Made by a program: the position numbers and the translations under genes. The notes beneath the pieces were generated by a model. That model was not told the origin of the DNA, searched no databases, and saw only the letters and a program-made list of their open reading frames with translations. This document shows positions 38,479-47,500 of a DNA stretch of 64,000 nucleotides, piece by piece (the first letter of the stretch is position 1; each line of letters begins with the position of its first letter). Source of the DNA: Bacteroidota bacterium (lineage in GTDB: Bacteria > Bacteroidota > Bacteroidia > B-17B0 > Aurantibacillaceae); contig JACDDR010000001.1 of the NCBI GenBank assembly GCA_013816895.1, positions 17,117-81,116 on the forward strand. Direction: 5' to 3'.

Positions 38479-39485
38479 CCCAAAGCAATTGCCTTAACCG
38501 CCTTTACCCAGGTGTCATTCGAATTAAGACTATTCACAAGAGTTACTGTTTCACCACCGTGTTCTTTACAGATCTCATTGTACTCTGTGCCAATTTCATA
38601 AATCGTTTCAAGACAATCAGCCACAAAGGCCGGGGAAAACACAAGAATATTTTTCGCGCCGCTTTTTGCCAGATCAGCAATTACTTTATCGCTGTAAGGC
38701 TTCAGCCATTTATCATCAAGTCGGCTTTGAAACGTTGTTGTGTGTTTATCGGCGGGAATATTTAAACCTTTTACCAGTTGCCTTGTTGTTTCAAAACAAT
38801 TGGCGCGGTAACAAAATTGGTTATTTTTAGTAATGGAATTGCAGCAGGCGCCCATCTGGCAAGTCTCTCCCCCATAATGTGCAGATGCTTTCCGGATCTG
38901 CCTTTCAGGCAAACCATGGTAACTGAATATTACATGATCATACTTGTTCAGATCGTATTTTTTTCCCTCTTCAAGCAGCGCTTCAATAAACTTCGGATGA
39001 TCGTAAAATTTACTAATGATGTTTAAATTCGGAATTACTTCCCAGGTTCCGATTATCCTTACCACTTCTTCGATAGTACTTCCTGTACTTGAACTCGCGT
39101 ACTGTGGATACAAGGGAAGAATATGAATTTTAGAAGGCCGCTGCAGTCTTAATTTTTCAAGGACCTCTTTAATACCCGGTGTTTGGTAACGCATTGCGAG
39201 TTCTACAATATAGTTGTTCCCAACTTCCTGTTGCAGTTTTTGTTTGAGATCAATACTGTTCAATAATAAAGGCGAGCCTTCTTTGGTCCAGATATTGGAA
39301 TACAGTTTTGCCGATTTAAATCTTCGGAAAGGTACGATCACCATATTCACAAGCATAAAACGCCCAATTGCATTTATATCAATAACGCGTTTATCGTTTA
39401 AAAATTCGGTAAGGTATTTGCCAACCTTTGAAGGCGTTGGAGCATCAGGTGTTCCAAGATTGATCAACAAAATTGCTTCTTTCAT
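38475..39485 (-). CDS. hemH: Ferrochelatase (protoporphyrin)
   Basis: LINLGTPD, YLTEFLND, GSPLL, AMRYQTP, LPLYPQYASSSTGS, FSYHGLP, FQSRL, WLKPY, FVADCLET. Confidence 0.96.
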   Translation of the reverse strand: MKEAILLINLGTPDAPTPSKVGKYLTEFLNDKRVIDINAIGRFMLVNMVIVPFRRFKSAKLYSNIWTKEGSPLLLNSIDLKQKLQQEVGNNYIVELAMRYQTPGIKEVLEKLRLQRPSKIHILPLYPQYASSSTGSTIEEVVRIIGTWEVIPNLNIISKFYDHPKFIEALLEEGKKYDLNKYDHVIFSYHGLPERQIRKASAHYGGETCQMGACCNSITKNNQFCYRANCFETTRQLVKGLNIPADKHTTTFQSRLDDKWLKPYSDKVIADLAKSGAKNILVFSPAFVADCLETIYEIGTEYNEICKEHGGETVTLVNSLNSNDTWVKAVKAIALG

Positions 39486-39498
39486 ATTGCAACCAAGC

Positions 39499-40212
39499 TT
39501 AGCTTATTCCGGGACTTTGTTCATTTTCAGGCAGCGTAAATTCTTCCGGAGTAGAATCCAAAAGGGACGGCCTGCTTGTAAACCGTTTTTGAAAAATAAT
39601 AATTACAGCAACACCAATTGAAATAGAAGCATCCGCGAAATTAAATATAGGACGAAAGAACTGGAATGTTTGTCCGCCCCACACCGGAAACCATTCGGGG
39701 AAGCGACCGTCGATAAGCGGAAAATAAAACATGTCTACCACGCAACCATACATAGGAGGCGCGTAACCGTTTTTGGAGATGGAAGCAATGCCGTCGTACT
39801 GCAAATATTCTTGCGTATGCGGATCGAGTACCGTGCCTCTATCGAAGATCAGTCCGTAGAAAGCGCTATCAAGAATATTACCCATAGCTCCGGCAAGGAT
39901 CAGTGAAACAGAAAAAACAAATCCAAGGTGTTCGCCTTTTTTTATAATGTAGCGGATGTATATCATTCCGCCGATACAGGCCAGGATGCGAAAAATACTT
40001 AAGGTAAGTTTGCCGTAATCTCCGCCAAATTCAAAGCCAAAAGCCATTCCGGGGTTTTCTGTGAAATGAATTATACACCAGTCTGTAGCGCGTCCCACTT
40101 CCCCCAAAGGATAATGCAGTTTAATATAAAGTTTTATAAATTGATCGATGAACAAAACGGCGAAAACCGTAATGAAGGGGACCTTGTACTTATTGATTGT
40201 GCTGGAAAACAA
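39499..40212 (-). CDS. lspA: Lipoprotein signal peptidase
   Basis: IDQFIK, ENPGMAFG, AGAMGNILD, CVVDMFYFP, FFRPIFNFADASI; ileS-dksA-lspA synteny. Confidence 0.93.
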   Translation of the reverse strand: MFSSTINKYKVPFITVFAVLFIDQFIKLYIKLHYPLGEVGRATDWCIIHFTENPGMAFGFEFGGDYGKLTLSIFRILACIGGMIYIRYIIKKGEHLGFVFSVSLILAGAMGNILDSAFYGLIFDRGTVLDPHTQEYLQYDGIASISKNGYAPPMYGCVVDMFYFPLIDGRFPEWFPVWGGQTFQFFRPIFNFADASISIGVAVIIIFQKRFTSRPSLLDSTPEEFTLPENEQSPGIS

Positions 40213-40218
40213 AATAAA

Positions 40219-40254
40219 AAAAAGCTTATCAGGGATTCCAAAGATAAGCTTTTT
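40219..40254. terminator. Hairpin/terminator after dksA
   Basis: AAAAAGCTTATC-agggattccaaa-GATAAGCTTTTT, 12-bp perfect stem. Confidence 0.65.
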
Positions 40255-40336
40255 AAAAAGAAAATATAATTTAAATCCTGTTCGACTTAGTCTGAAAGTT
40301 CAGCTTTTTTCATTTGTCGTTAATTCCACTAATCAA

Positions 40337-40362
40337 TTTGTGTGATTCGTGTAATTCGTGGC
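40337..40362 (-). repeat. REP-like nonamer repeat copy
   Basis: TTTGTGTGATTCGTGTAATTCGTGGC; 25/26 identical to 18633-18658. Confidence 0.75.
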
Positions 40363-40374
40363 AGAAAATTTCGG

Positions 40375-41472
40375 TTAAGCGTTCTGATTCAGCTTTGCAT
40401 CAATACCAAGTGTAGCGTGTGGCACCGAGCGCAGGCGTTCTTTTGGGATCAATTTGCCCGTAACACGGCAAATACCATAGGTCTTGTTCTCAATACGAAC
40501 CAAAGCGTTCTTCAGGTTAATGATGTGCTTTTCCTGACGCGCCGCCAGTTGTGCGGTTTCTTCCTTGCTCATTACATCGCTTCCGTCTTCCAGTAACTTA
40601 AATGTTGGAGAAGTGTCATCAGTGCCATGATTATCTTCATTGCTTAAGGTTTGCTTTAGCAGGTCATAATCTGTTTGCGCATCTTTTAGTTTTTCAAGGA
40701 TCAGTTCTTTAAATTCACCCAGTTCTTTGTCAGTATAGCGAGAGCGGTTGTCCTTTGTATTAATAAAAGGCTTCGGAGCAGCTTCGCCTGATTTTTTGAT
40801 CAATGGCTTTGAAATATCAATTTGTAAAGGACGGTTACGGATATACGCTTCCATGCTGTTTCCGTGTGATTTTCCTTCGTTCTTCTTACGACGTCCGCGA
40901 CCGCGTTTTTCAGGTACTTCGTCGTCATCTTCATCCGGCTCAGGAGGTCCTCCGCCATCAAGGTCAACAATACCAGCTTCATCAAGATCGCCTTCCAGCA
41001 CATCTTCATCTTCCGATTTTTCGTAATCATCTTTAACGTCTACATCACTATCGTCTTCTTCTTCAGCAGGAACATCATCGTCTTCATCGTCGCCGCCTTT
41101 GCCCTTCTTTTTGCCTTTTACCTTATCTGCTTTTTTAGCTCCCTTTTTTGCGATGGCATCAATGGGCTTTCCTGAAACTTTTTTAATTTCTTTTGCGGCA
41201 GGCTTGGAAAGCTTTGCAGACTCTGCTTTTTTAGGGGCGGGTTTTGCTGCTTTTTTTGCTGGGGCTGCCGTTTTTTTGGCCACAGGTTTAACGGGCTTTT
41301 TAGCTGCCGGTTTGACAACTTTTTTAGCAGGTTTTGCCGGTGCCACTTTTTTTGCAGCAGGCTTACTTACCTTTTTTGGCGCTGGCTTTGAAGCTTTTTT
41401 TGCTACAGGCTTAGAAGCCTTTTTAACTGGCTTGGCTTTCTTATCCTTTTTTTTATCGTTCTTTTTAGCCAT
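40375..41472 (-). CDS. dksA: TraR/DksA family protein with a long Lys/Ala/Pro-rich plus acidic N-terminal extension
   Basis: C-terminal RYTDKEL.EFKELI..KL...LEDGSDVMSKEE...LKNALVRIENKTYGICRVTGKLIPKERL..VPHATL, the Bacteroidetes DksA-like domain; lies between ileS and lspA. Confidence 0.9.
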   Translation of the reverse strand: MAKKNDKKKDKKAKPVKKASKPVAKKASKPAPKKVSKPAAKKVAPAKPAKKVVKPAAKKPVKPVAKKTAAPAKKAAKPAPKKAESAKLSKPAAKEIKKVSGKPIDAIAKKGAKKADKVKGKKKGKGGDDEDDDVPAEEEDDSDVDVKDDYEKSEDEDVLEGDLDEAGIVDLDGGGPPEPDEDDDEVPEKRGRGRRKKNEGKSHGNSMEAYIRNRPLQIDISKPLIKKSGEAAPKPFINTKDNRSRYTDKELGEFKELILEKLKDAQTDYDLLKQTLSNEDNHGTDDTSPTFKLLEDGSDVMSKEETAQLAARQEKHIINLKNALVRIENKTYGICRVTGKLIPKERLRSVPHATLGIDAKLNQNA

Positions 41473-41486
41473 TATCTGGTGTTTGT

Positions 41487-44400
41487 TTAATTTAATTTTT
41501 CAATCGAAATAAGCGTGGTGATCAATTCGTCGACCTCTATAGTACTGGCATTTGAGGCCGACAGGTGCTGAACTAATTGCAAATCGCCTGTCAATGTTTC
41601 CGAACAAATATAACTTAAATTGTTCTTTATCGCAGTATCTAAATTAGCATTTTGCTGGATTTTAACCAAAATTTTATCGGTTACTTCAAATCCTTTGTCT
41701 TTGCGGATGTTCTGGATCCTGTTAACCACCTCTCTTGCAAGGCCTTCCTCCTTTAAACCTTCGCTTAAAGTGATGTCCAGGGCAACGGTTAAGGGCCCGC
41801 TGTTGGCCACTTTCCAGCCCGGAATATCTACCGGAATAATCTCCACGTCTTCACTTTCCAGCACAATCTCAGAGCCATTTACATTCATTTTATACATTCC
41901 TGTAAGCTCAATTTCATGAATAATAGCCGGACCATTATCCTGGGCAAAGGCCTGCACTGTTTTCATATTGGCTCCACATTTCTTTCCAAGAGTTTTGAAA
42001 TTAAGCTTCAGGTTTTTTATGATCTGTGTTTTACTTTCATCCACAAACTCAATCTCCTTTACATTTACTTCAGCCAGAATAAGATCTTTCACTGCTTCAA
42101 TCCTGCTTTGCATTTCTTTGTCGAGAATAGGCACCTGGATTTTTTGCAGAGGTTGACGAACTTTTAAATTTTCCTTTTTTCGAATGGAAAGGATCATGGA
42201 GGAAATTTTCTGAGCTATTTCCATGCGCTGTTCGAGTGCTTTATCAATTATTTTTTCATTCGTTTTTATAAACTCAGTTAAATGAACAGATTCGAAGCGT
42301 AAGGAGGTATTATTTTTTATTGCGCTTTCGCTTACCGGGGAAGATAGATTCTGGTACAACCATTCGCCAAAAAACGGCGCGATAGGGCTCATTAACTGTC
42401 CTACTACCTGCAGGCATTCATGTAATGTTTCGTAAGCTGCTTTTTTATCCGTACTCATTTCACCTTTCCAGAACCTGCGTCGGCTCAGGCGCACATACCA
42501 GTTGCTCAGGTGTTCATCTACAAATTCTTCAATGAAACGCGCGGCACGGTGAGGCTCAAAGGCTTCGTAATTATCAGTAACGTCTTTAATTAAACTGTTT
42601 AATTTTGAGAGGATCCAGCGATCCAATTCCTGGCGTTCTGACACAGGAACAACATTTTTTTCATCCATTAAAAACGAATCCACATTCGCGTATAAAGCAT
42701 AAAAACCGTAGGTGTTGTAAAGTGTTCCGAATAGTTTTCGCTGAACTTCGGCAATTCCTTCGAGATCAAACTTCAGATTATCCCATGGCGCCGCATTGGC
42801 AATCATGTACCAGCGCGTTGCATCTGCGCCGTATTTATCAAGAGTGGTAAACGGATCAACGGCGTTACCAAGGCGCTTGCTCATTTTATTGCCATTCTTA
42901 TCCAGCACAAGTCCGTTGGATACAACATTTTTGTAAGCAACAGAATCAAAACACAAAGCGCCTATTACGTGCAGGGTATAAAACCAGCCGCGCGTTTGAT
43001 CCACACCTTCTGCGATAAAATCCGCAGGAAAATATTTTCTGTCATCAATCAGTTCTTTGTTTTCAAAGGGATAATGCACCTGTGCATAAGGCATAGCCCC
43101 GCTATCAAACCACACGTCAATCAGATCACTTTCCCTGTAAAGTGTTTTCCCGTTTCGTTCCAGTATAATACTATCTGCGTAGGGTTTGTGAAGATCAAAG
43201 GTGTTGTAGTTTTCAGCGGACATTTCTCCGGCTTTAAAATTGGCGAGAGGATTTTCTTTCATCAATCCTTTAGCCACTGCGTTTTCAATTTCTTTCTGGA
43301 GTTCTTCAACAGAACCTATACAGATTTCCTCACTGCGGTCTTCGCTTAACCAGATGGGAAGCGGCACGCCCCAGAATCGCGAACGTGAAAGGTTCCAGTC
43401 CAGCGCGTTTTCGAGCCAGTTACCAAAACGACCGGTACCAGTAGATTCAGGCTTCCAGTTAATTTCTTTATTCAGCTTTACAAGCTTATCGCGGTTTTCC
43501 GCAACTTTTACAAACCAGCTGTCGAGTGGGTAATACAACACGGGCTTATCGGTGCGCCAGCAATGCGGGTAACTGTGCTCGTAGGTTTCTTTCTTGAATA
43601 ATTTTCCTTCTTCCTGCAGCTTTAGAACAATGCGTTCATCCACACTGAGGTACGCCTTAAGATCTTTTATTTTACCATTGGCTTCCAGTATTTTTTTCTG
43701 ATTCTCAAATTCCGTTTGCTTTTCAGCATCCGACAAATAGGCTTCCTTTACATATTCATCGCCATATAAAAACACGCTATCTTTTACTTCGGGTAAAAAA
43801 CGACCGCGTTTATCTACCAGGGTAAGAGAAGCTATACCATTTTGCCTTGCAACACGAAAGTCATCGGCACCAAAACTTGGAGCGATGTGCACAATACCCG
43901 TACCATCGGTAGTAGTTACAAAATCGCCTAATAAAACTTTAAAGGCCTCGCCTTCCGGTTTAACAAAAGGAAGGAGCTGTTCATACGAAATACCGGCAAG
44001 ATCAGAGCCCTTGAAATGACCTGTAATAGTGAAGGGGACGTTTTTATCGCCAGTTTTATAATCTTCAAATTTAAGATCGGCATGTTTTTCAGGAAAATAT
44101 TTGCCAATCAGTTCCTTTGCCAGTATAACGGTTTGCGGCGTACCGCTAAATGGGTTAAATGTTTTAACCGCAACGTAATCAATGTCCTTACCTACCGCCA
44201 GAGCAGTATTTGAAGGGAGAGTCCAGGGTGTCGTAGTCCAGGCAAGGAAATAGAGTTCCCCGCCTAACCCAGACAGAGTTTGGAACCCTGTCGAAGTTGA
44301 TACGACCTTAAACTGCACAGTAGCCGTTCTATCCTTTACATTCTTGTAACATCCGGGCTGGTTAAGCTCCGCAGAACTCAATCCTGTTCCCGCTGCAGGA

Positions 44401-44963
44401 GAATACGGCTGTATGGTAAAGCCCTTGTACATAAGGTCTTTTCTATACAGATTTTTAAGCAGCCACCAAACGCTTTCGATGTATTTGTTATCGTAGGTAA
44501 TGTAAGGATCGCTCATGTCAACCCAATAACCCATTTGAGCTGTAACATCTTCCCATTTATCAGTGTACTTCATTACCTCCTTGCGGCAGGCTTTGTTGTA
44601 ATCTTCTACCGAAATATATTTAGCGCTGTTTTTATTCCCGATATCTTCTTTGGTAATTCCTAATGTTTTTTCAACACCCAGTTCAATTGGCAAACCATGA
44701 GTATCCCATCCAGCCTTACGTTTCACCTGATAACCCTGCAATGTTTTAAAGCGGCAAAAAATATCTTTTATGGCGCGTGCCATTACGTGATGAATGCCGG
44801 GCATGCCGTTAGCGCTGGGCGGACCTTCGTAAAATACCCAGGGTGTTTTTCCTTCGCGGGAAGAAACAGACTTTGCAAACGTTTTATTTTCTTCCCAGTA
44901 TTTAAGTATGTCCTTACTTATCTGCGGAAGATTGATCTGTTTGTATTCAGGGTACTTTTTCAT
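41487..44963 (-). CDS. ileS: Isoleucine--tRNA ligase (type 2)
   Basis: YEGPPSANGMPGIHH (HIGH), GWDTHGLP, WTTTPWTLPSN, GTGIVH, SRSRFWGVP, EGVDQTRGWF, KMSKR. Confidence 0.98.
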   Translation of the reverse strand: MKKYPEYKQINLPQISKDILKYWEENKTFAKSVSSREGKTPWVFYEGPPSANGMPGIHHVMARAIKDIFCRFKTLQGYQVKRKAGWDTHGLPIELGVEKTLGITKEDIGNKNSAKYISVEDYNKACRKEVMKYTDKWEDVTAQMGYWVDMSDPYITYDNKYIESVWWLLKNLYRKDLMYKGFTIQPYSPAAGTGLSSAELNQPGCYKNVKDRTATVQFKVVSTSTGFQTLSGLGGELYFLAWTTTPWTLPSNTALAVGKDIDYVAVKTFNPFSGTPQTVILAKELIGKYFPEKHADLKFEDYKTGDKNVPFTITGHFKGSDLAGISYEQLLPFVKPEGEAFKVLLGDFVTTTDGTGIVHIAPSFGADDFRVARQNGIASLTLVDKRGRFLPEVKDSVFLYGDEYVKEAYLSDAEKQTEFENQKKILEANGKIKDLKAYLSVDERIVLKLQEEGKLFKKETYEHSYPHCWRTDKPVLYYPLDSWFVKVAENRDKLVKLNKEINWKPESTGTGRFGNWLENALDWNLSRSRFWGVPLPIWLSEDRSEEICIGSVEELQKEIENAVAKGLMKENPLANFKAGEMSAENYNTFDLHKPYADSIILERNGKTLYRESDLIDVWFDSGAMPYAQVHYPFENKELIDDRKYFPADFIAEGVDQTRGWFYTLHVIGALCFDSVAYKNVVSNGLVLDKNGNKMSKRLGNAVDPFTTLDKYGADATRWYMIANAAPWDNLKFDLEGIAEVQRKLFGTLYNTYGFYALYANVDSFLMDEKNVVPVSERQELDRWILSKLNSLIKDVTDNYEAFEPHRAARFIEEFVDEHLSNWYVRLSRRRFWKGEMSTDKKAAYETLHECLQVVGQLMSPIAPFFGEWLYQNLSSPVSESAIKNNTSLRFESVHLTEFIKTNEKIIDKALEQRMEIAQKISSMILSIRKKENLKVRQPLQKIQVPILDKEMQSRIEAVKDLILAEVNVKEIEFVDESKTQIIKNLKLNFKTLGKKCGANMKTVQAFAQDNGPAIIHEIELTGMYKMNVNGSEIVLESEDVEIIPVDIPGWKVANSGPLTVALDITLSEGLKEEGLAREVVNRIQNIRKDKGFEVTDKILVKIQQNANLDTAIKNNLSYICSETLTGDLQLVQHLSASNASTIEVDELITTLISIEKLN

Positions 44964-45134
44964 GTTGAATTATATTACTCTATTCTTTCACAACCGATGA
45001 TAGAGAAGGCCTCGTTCATCCAATGTTTCTCTGTCCCTCAGTGATCTGTGGTTAAAAAATAGGAGAGCGAATTTACTAAAAAATTGGGATTAATACTCTA
45101 AAACAGGGCTTTTTAAGCCTTTTAAAAAGAAAGA

Positions 45135-46007
45135 TTAGTTATCTTTTTTGGCAAAACGCTTCCGGTAAATATTCCGGTTTTCCGCGTAAACCTCCACGTA
45201 ATAAAGGCCTTCAGGAAGCGAGCTCACGTTTACCTGTACTTTACCCTGACCATTAATGCCGAATGTTTCTTTAATTACTTCACGGCCCATTAGGTCGATA
45301 ACAAGGGCACGGGTAATGGTTACATCCTTTCCGGCGTCAATAGTAAGCTCTGTTGAAACCGGATTGGGAAATATAGTTACATGGTTTTTTATTTCCGGCG
45401 CGCCAAACACAATTCCTGTTGTTACATTATAGGATATGCTGAACGTTTTACAGGCAACGCATTGTGACGAATCCTTGGCGCATACCGTGTGAGAGCCCAC
45501 ACAAAGGTTGTTGGCAGGGTTATAAGCTGTAATTGTTACACCATCAATTTTTAAAGAAGGCGGGTTATTGGTGAAAGTTGTATTTCCTCCTGTCCAAGTA
45601 ATATATGCGCTGCCATTGCAGCAGGTAGCGCAACTGGCGGCCACAACCGTAGGCACAGAAACTACCAAAGGAGCTGTGGCGTAGTTAGGAAACTGGACAT
45701 AATTAACTCCCGCTATGATTGATCCGGTATAAATGGAAACGGTATAATTTGATGCGCAGGCGCAAATGCCGCTGATGGTAATTGCAGTGCTGCTGGAAGA
45801 GCTAAGGGTTGAATTTGGGCAGGATGCGGTGTTACTTAAAACCGCTGTATACGGGCCCTGTGAATTTGCTGTTGTAAACGTTACGGATCCGTTGCAGGCT
45901 CCAAAACAGGTTGGCTGCTGAATATTGGATTGATTGAAACTCTGGGCGCTTAAAAACTGAACAGAGCTGACAAAAATAAACAGAATAAAGGATAGATATT
46001 TTTTCAT
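45135..46007 (-). CDS. Small Cys-rich T9SS type A protein with two SprB-like repeats
   Basis: Signal peptide; PTCFGACNGSV and ASCATCCNGSA repeat starts; CTD IFPNPVSTEL...IDLMGRE...LPEGLYYVEV...KRFAK. Confidence 0.85.
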   Translation of the reverse strand: MKKYLSFILFIFVSSVQFLSAQSFNQSNIQQPTCFGACNGSVTFTTANSQGPYTAVLSNTASCPNSTLSSSSSTAITISGICACASNYTVSIYTGSIIAGVNYVQFPNYATAPLVVSVPTVVAASCATCCNGSAYITWTGGNTTFTNNPPSLKIDGVTITAYNPANNLCVGSHTVCAKDSSQCVACKTFSISYNVTTGIVFGAPEIKNHVTIFPNPVSTELTIDAGKDVTITRALVIDLMGREVIKETFGINGQGKVQVNVSSLPEGLYYVEVYAENRNIYRKRFAKKDN

Positions 46008-46138
46008 ATAACTTTGGTTATCACTAAATTACAAAAAACTTTCTTAAAATGCAAATAGACATTAAACTATGTGTTAAATCTACGCTCTAAATTTTAATTC
46101 CGCACTATATTTTTTATCTTTAATAAAATTATCTACGC

Positions 46139-46927
46139 ATGAAAAAAATCTTACTCTCAGCGTTTTGCGCTATCGGTCTTATAGGCGCTGCACAGGAAAA
46201 TAAAACCTGGCGAATAGGTGTTCAATGGGGCGCGCAGGGAAACTGTGCCACCTATGATGGAGGCATGAGCGAAGCTAACGCGCGCTTTAACCAGAATAAG
46301 TTTGGATCAGGAGCACTGGATTTAATTGGCCGTTATGATCTTAACCAGCGGTGGATGATTATGAGTGGATTGGGGTTTCATTCCATTGGGTTTGATTTTG
46401 GAATTGCTGAGAATTATTCATTATTAAATAAGGACCGCAAATATTCTTCCGTTAAAAGTCAGTTTGCAGCGGCAGAAATTCCGGTGATGGCATTTTATAA
46501 ATTTAATCCGAATTGTAAAAATGCCCGCTGGCTTGTTGGTGCAGGATTTGCAGAAACATTTGTGAGTGGTCAAACGTTGAATAAAAGTGTAAGCCAGGCT
46601 GGAGACGGACCTTCTAACGTTAATTATATGAGCAGTACCGCTACAAGTAACGGCGGTGTTTACTGGATGTTGCGCTGGTCTGTTGCACGTGAAAAAATGT
46701 ATAAAAACGGATCGCTGTTAAATGCAAGTTTAATGTGTAACGTTGGTTTTGCAACAATTGCGCATGCAACAGTTAACTATACAATCGATAACCAGGATTA
46801 CACACATAGTTTTTCTAATAACGGGAGTTTTGCAGGATTCAGATTGACTTACTTTTTTAAACCTTTAAAAAGCTTGAGCTCTCCTTCCGGAAATAGAAAA
46901 CCGGGAACCGCAGCGTCGATTAATTAA
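46139..46927 (+). CDS. Hypothetical exported protein, probable outer-membrane beta-barrel
   Basis: Signal peptide; alternating amphipathic beta-strand pattern; ends FAGFRLTYFFK. Confidence 0.7.
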   Translation: MKKILLSAFCAIGLIGAAQENKTWRIGVQWGAQGNCATYDGGMSEANARFNQNKFGSGALDLIGRYDLNQRWMIMSGLGFHSIGFDFGIAENYSLLNKDRKYSSVKSQFAAAEIPVMAFYKFNPNCKNARWLVGAGFAETFVSGQTLNKSVSQAGDGPSNVNYMSSTATSNGGVYWMLRWSVAREKMYKNGSLLNASLMCNVGFATIAHATVNYTIDNQDYTHSFSNNGSFAGFRLTYFFKPLKSLSSPSGNRKPGTAASIN

Positions 46928-46954
46928 TTATTGTTCGCCTTCCATTATAAAACA

Positions 46955-46982
46955 AGAAGCCCGGAGAGTTTCGGGCTTTTTA
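46955..46982. terminator. Intrinsic terminator between convergent genes
   Basis: AAGCCCGG-AGAG-TTTCGGGCTTTTT hairpin. Confidence 0.7.
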
Positions 46983-46991
46983 CTTTACAGC

Positions 46992-47411
46992 TTAATCAAT
47001 TGTAGCCATTACTTTTAATTCGATGGCAATAGGTGTTGGGAGTTTATTAATTTCAATGGTAGTTCTGCAGGGAGCATTTTCCTTAAAATATTCAGCCCAG
47101 ATCTTATTGTATTTCGGAAAATCATCTTTCATGTTGGTCAAAAAAACAGTAACATCAACAATTTTATCCCAGCTGCTCCCCGAGTCTTCAAGGATGTATT
47201 TAATATTCCGGAACACGCTGTGGCATTGCGCCTCAATATCGTAGCTAATAATCTGTCCGTTTTCATCCAACTCAACTCCCGGAATTTTCTTTGTTCCCCT
47301 TTCGCGCGGACCTACTCCGCTTAAAAATAAAAAATTACCAACTTTGCGTGCATGCGGATACAGGCCAACAGGTTCAGGCGCTTTGGAGGATTCGATTGTT
47401 CTATCTGACAT
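46992..47411 (-). CDS. RidA/YjgF family protein (2-aminomuconate deaminase-like subfamily)
   Basis: APEPVGLYPHARKVGNFLFLSGVGP, SSWDKIVDVTVFLTNM, PCRTT, PTPIAIELK; start at MSDRT (47411). Confidence 0.88.
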   Translation of the reverse strand: MSDRTIESSKAPEPVGLYPHARKVGNFLFLSGVGPRERGTKKIPGVELDENGQIISYDIEAQCHSVFRNIKYILEDSGSSWDKIVDVTVFLTNMKDDFPKYNKIWAEYFKENAPCRTTIEINKLPTPIAIELKVMATID

Positions 47412-47487
47412 ATTTACAGAGTCTTGTTGACGTAAATTTAACGAAATTCCGTTGATATAAATCATGTATTAAAAACAATTAAAACCG

Positions 47488-47495
47488 TAACTTTG
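47488..47495 (+). promoter_or_regulatory. -7 promoter element (TAACTTTG) 5 nt before the MBL gene ATG
   Basis: Exact TAnnTTTG match. Confidence 0.6.
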
Positions 47496-47500
47496 AGATA

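Noticed and set aside
41099-41512. 137-aa hydrophobic Phe/Ala/Leu/Gly ORF that looks like a membrane protein
   Set aside because: It is the reverse complement of the Lys/Ala/Pro repeat of dksA (AAA read as TTT), an artefact
44964-45075. T-box riboswitch upstream of ileS
   Set aside because: The leader is too short and has no T-box consensus or terminator; T-boxes are not typical of Bacteroidota
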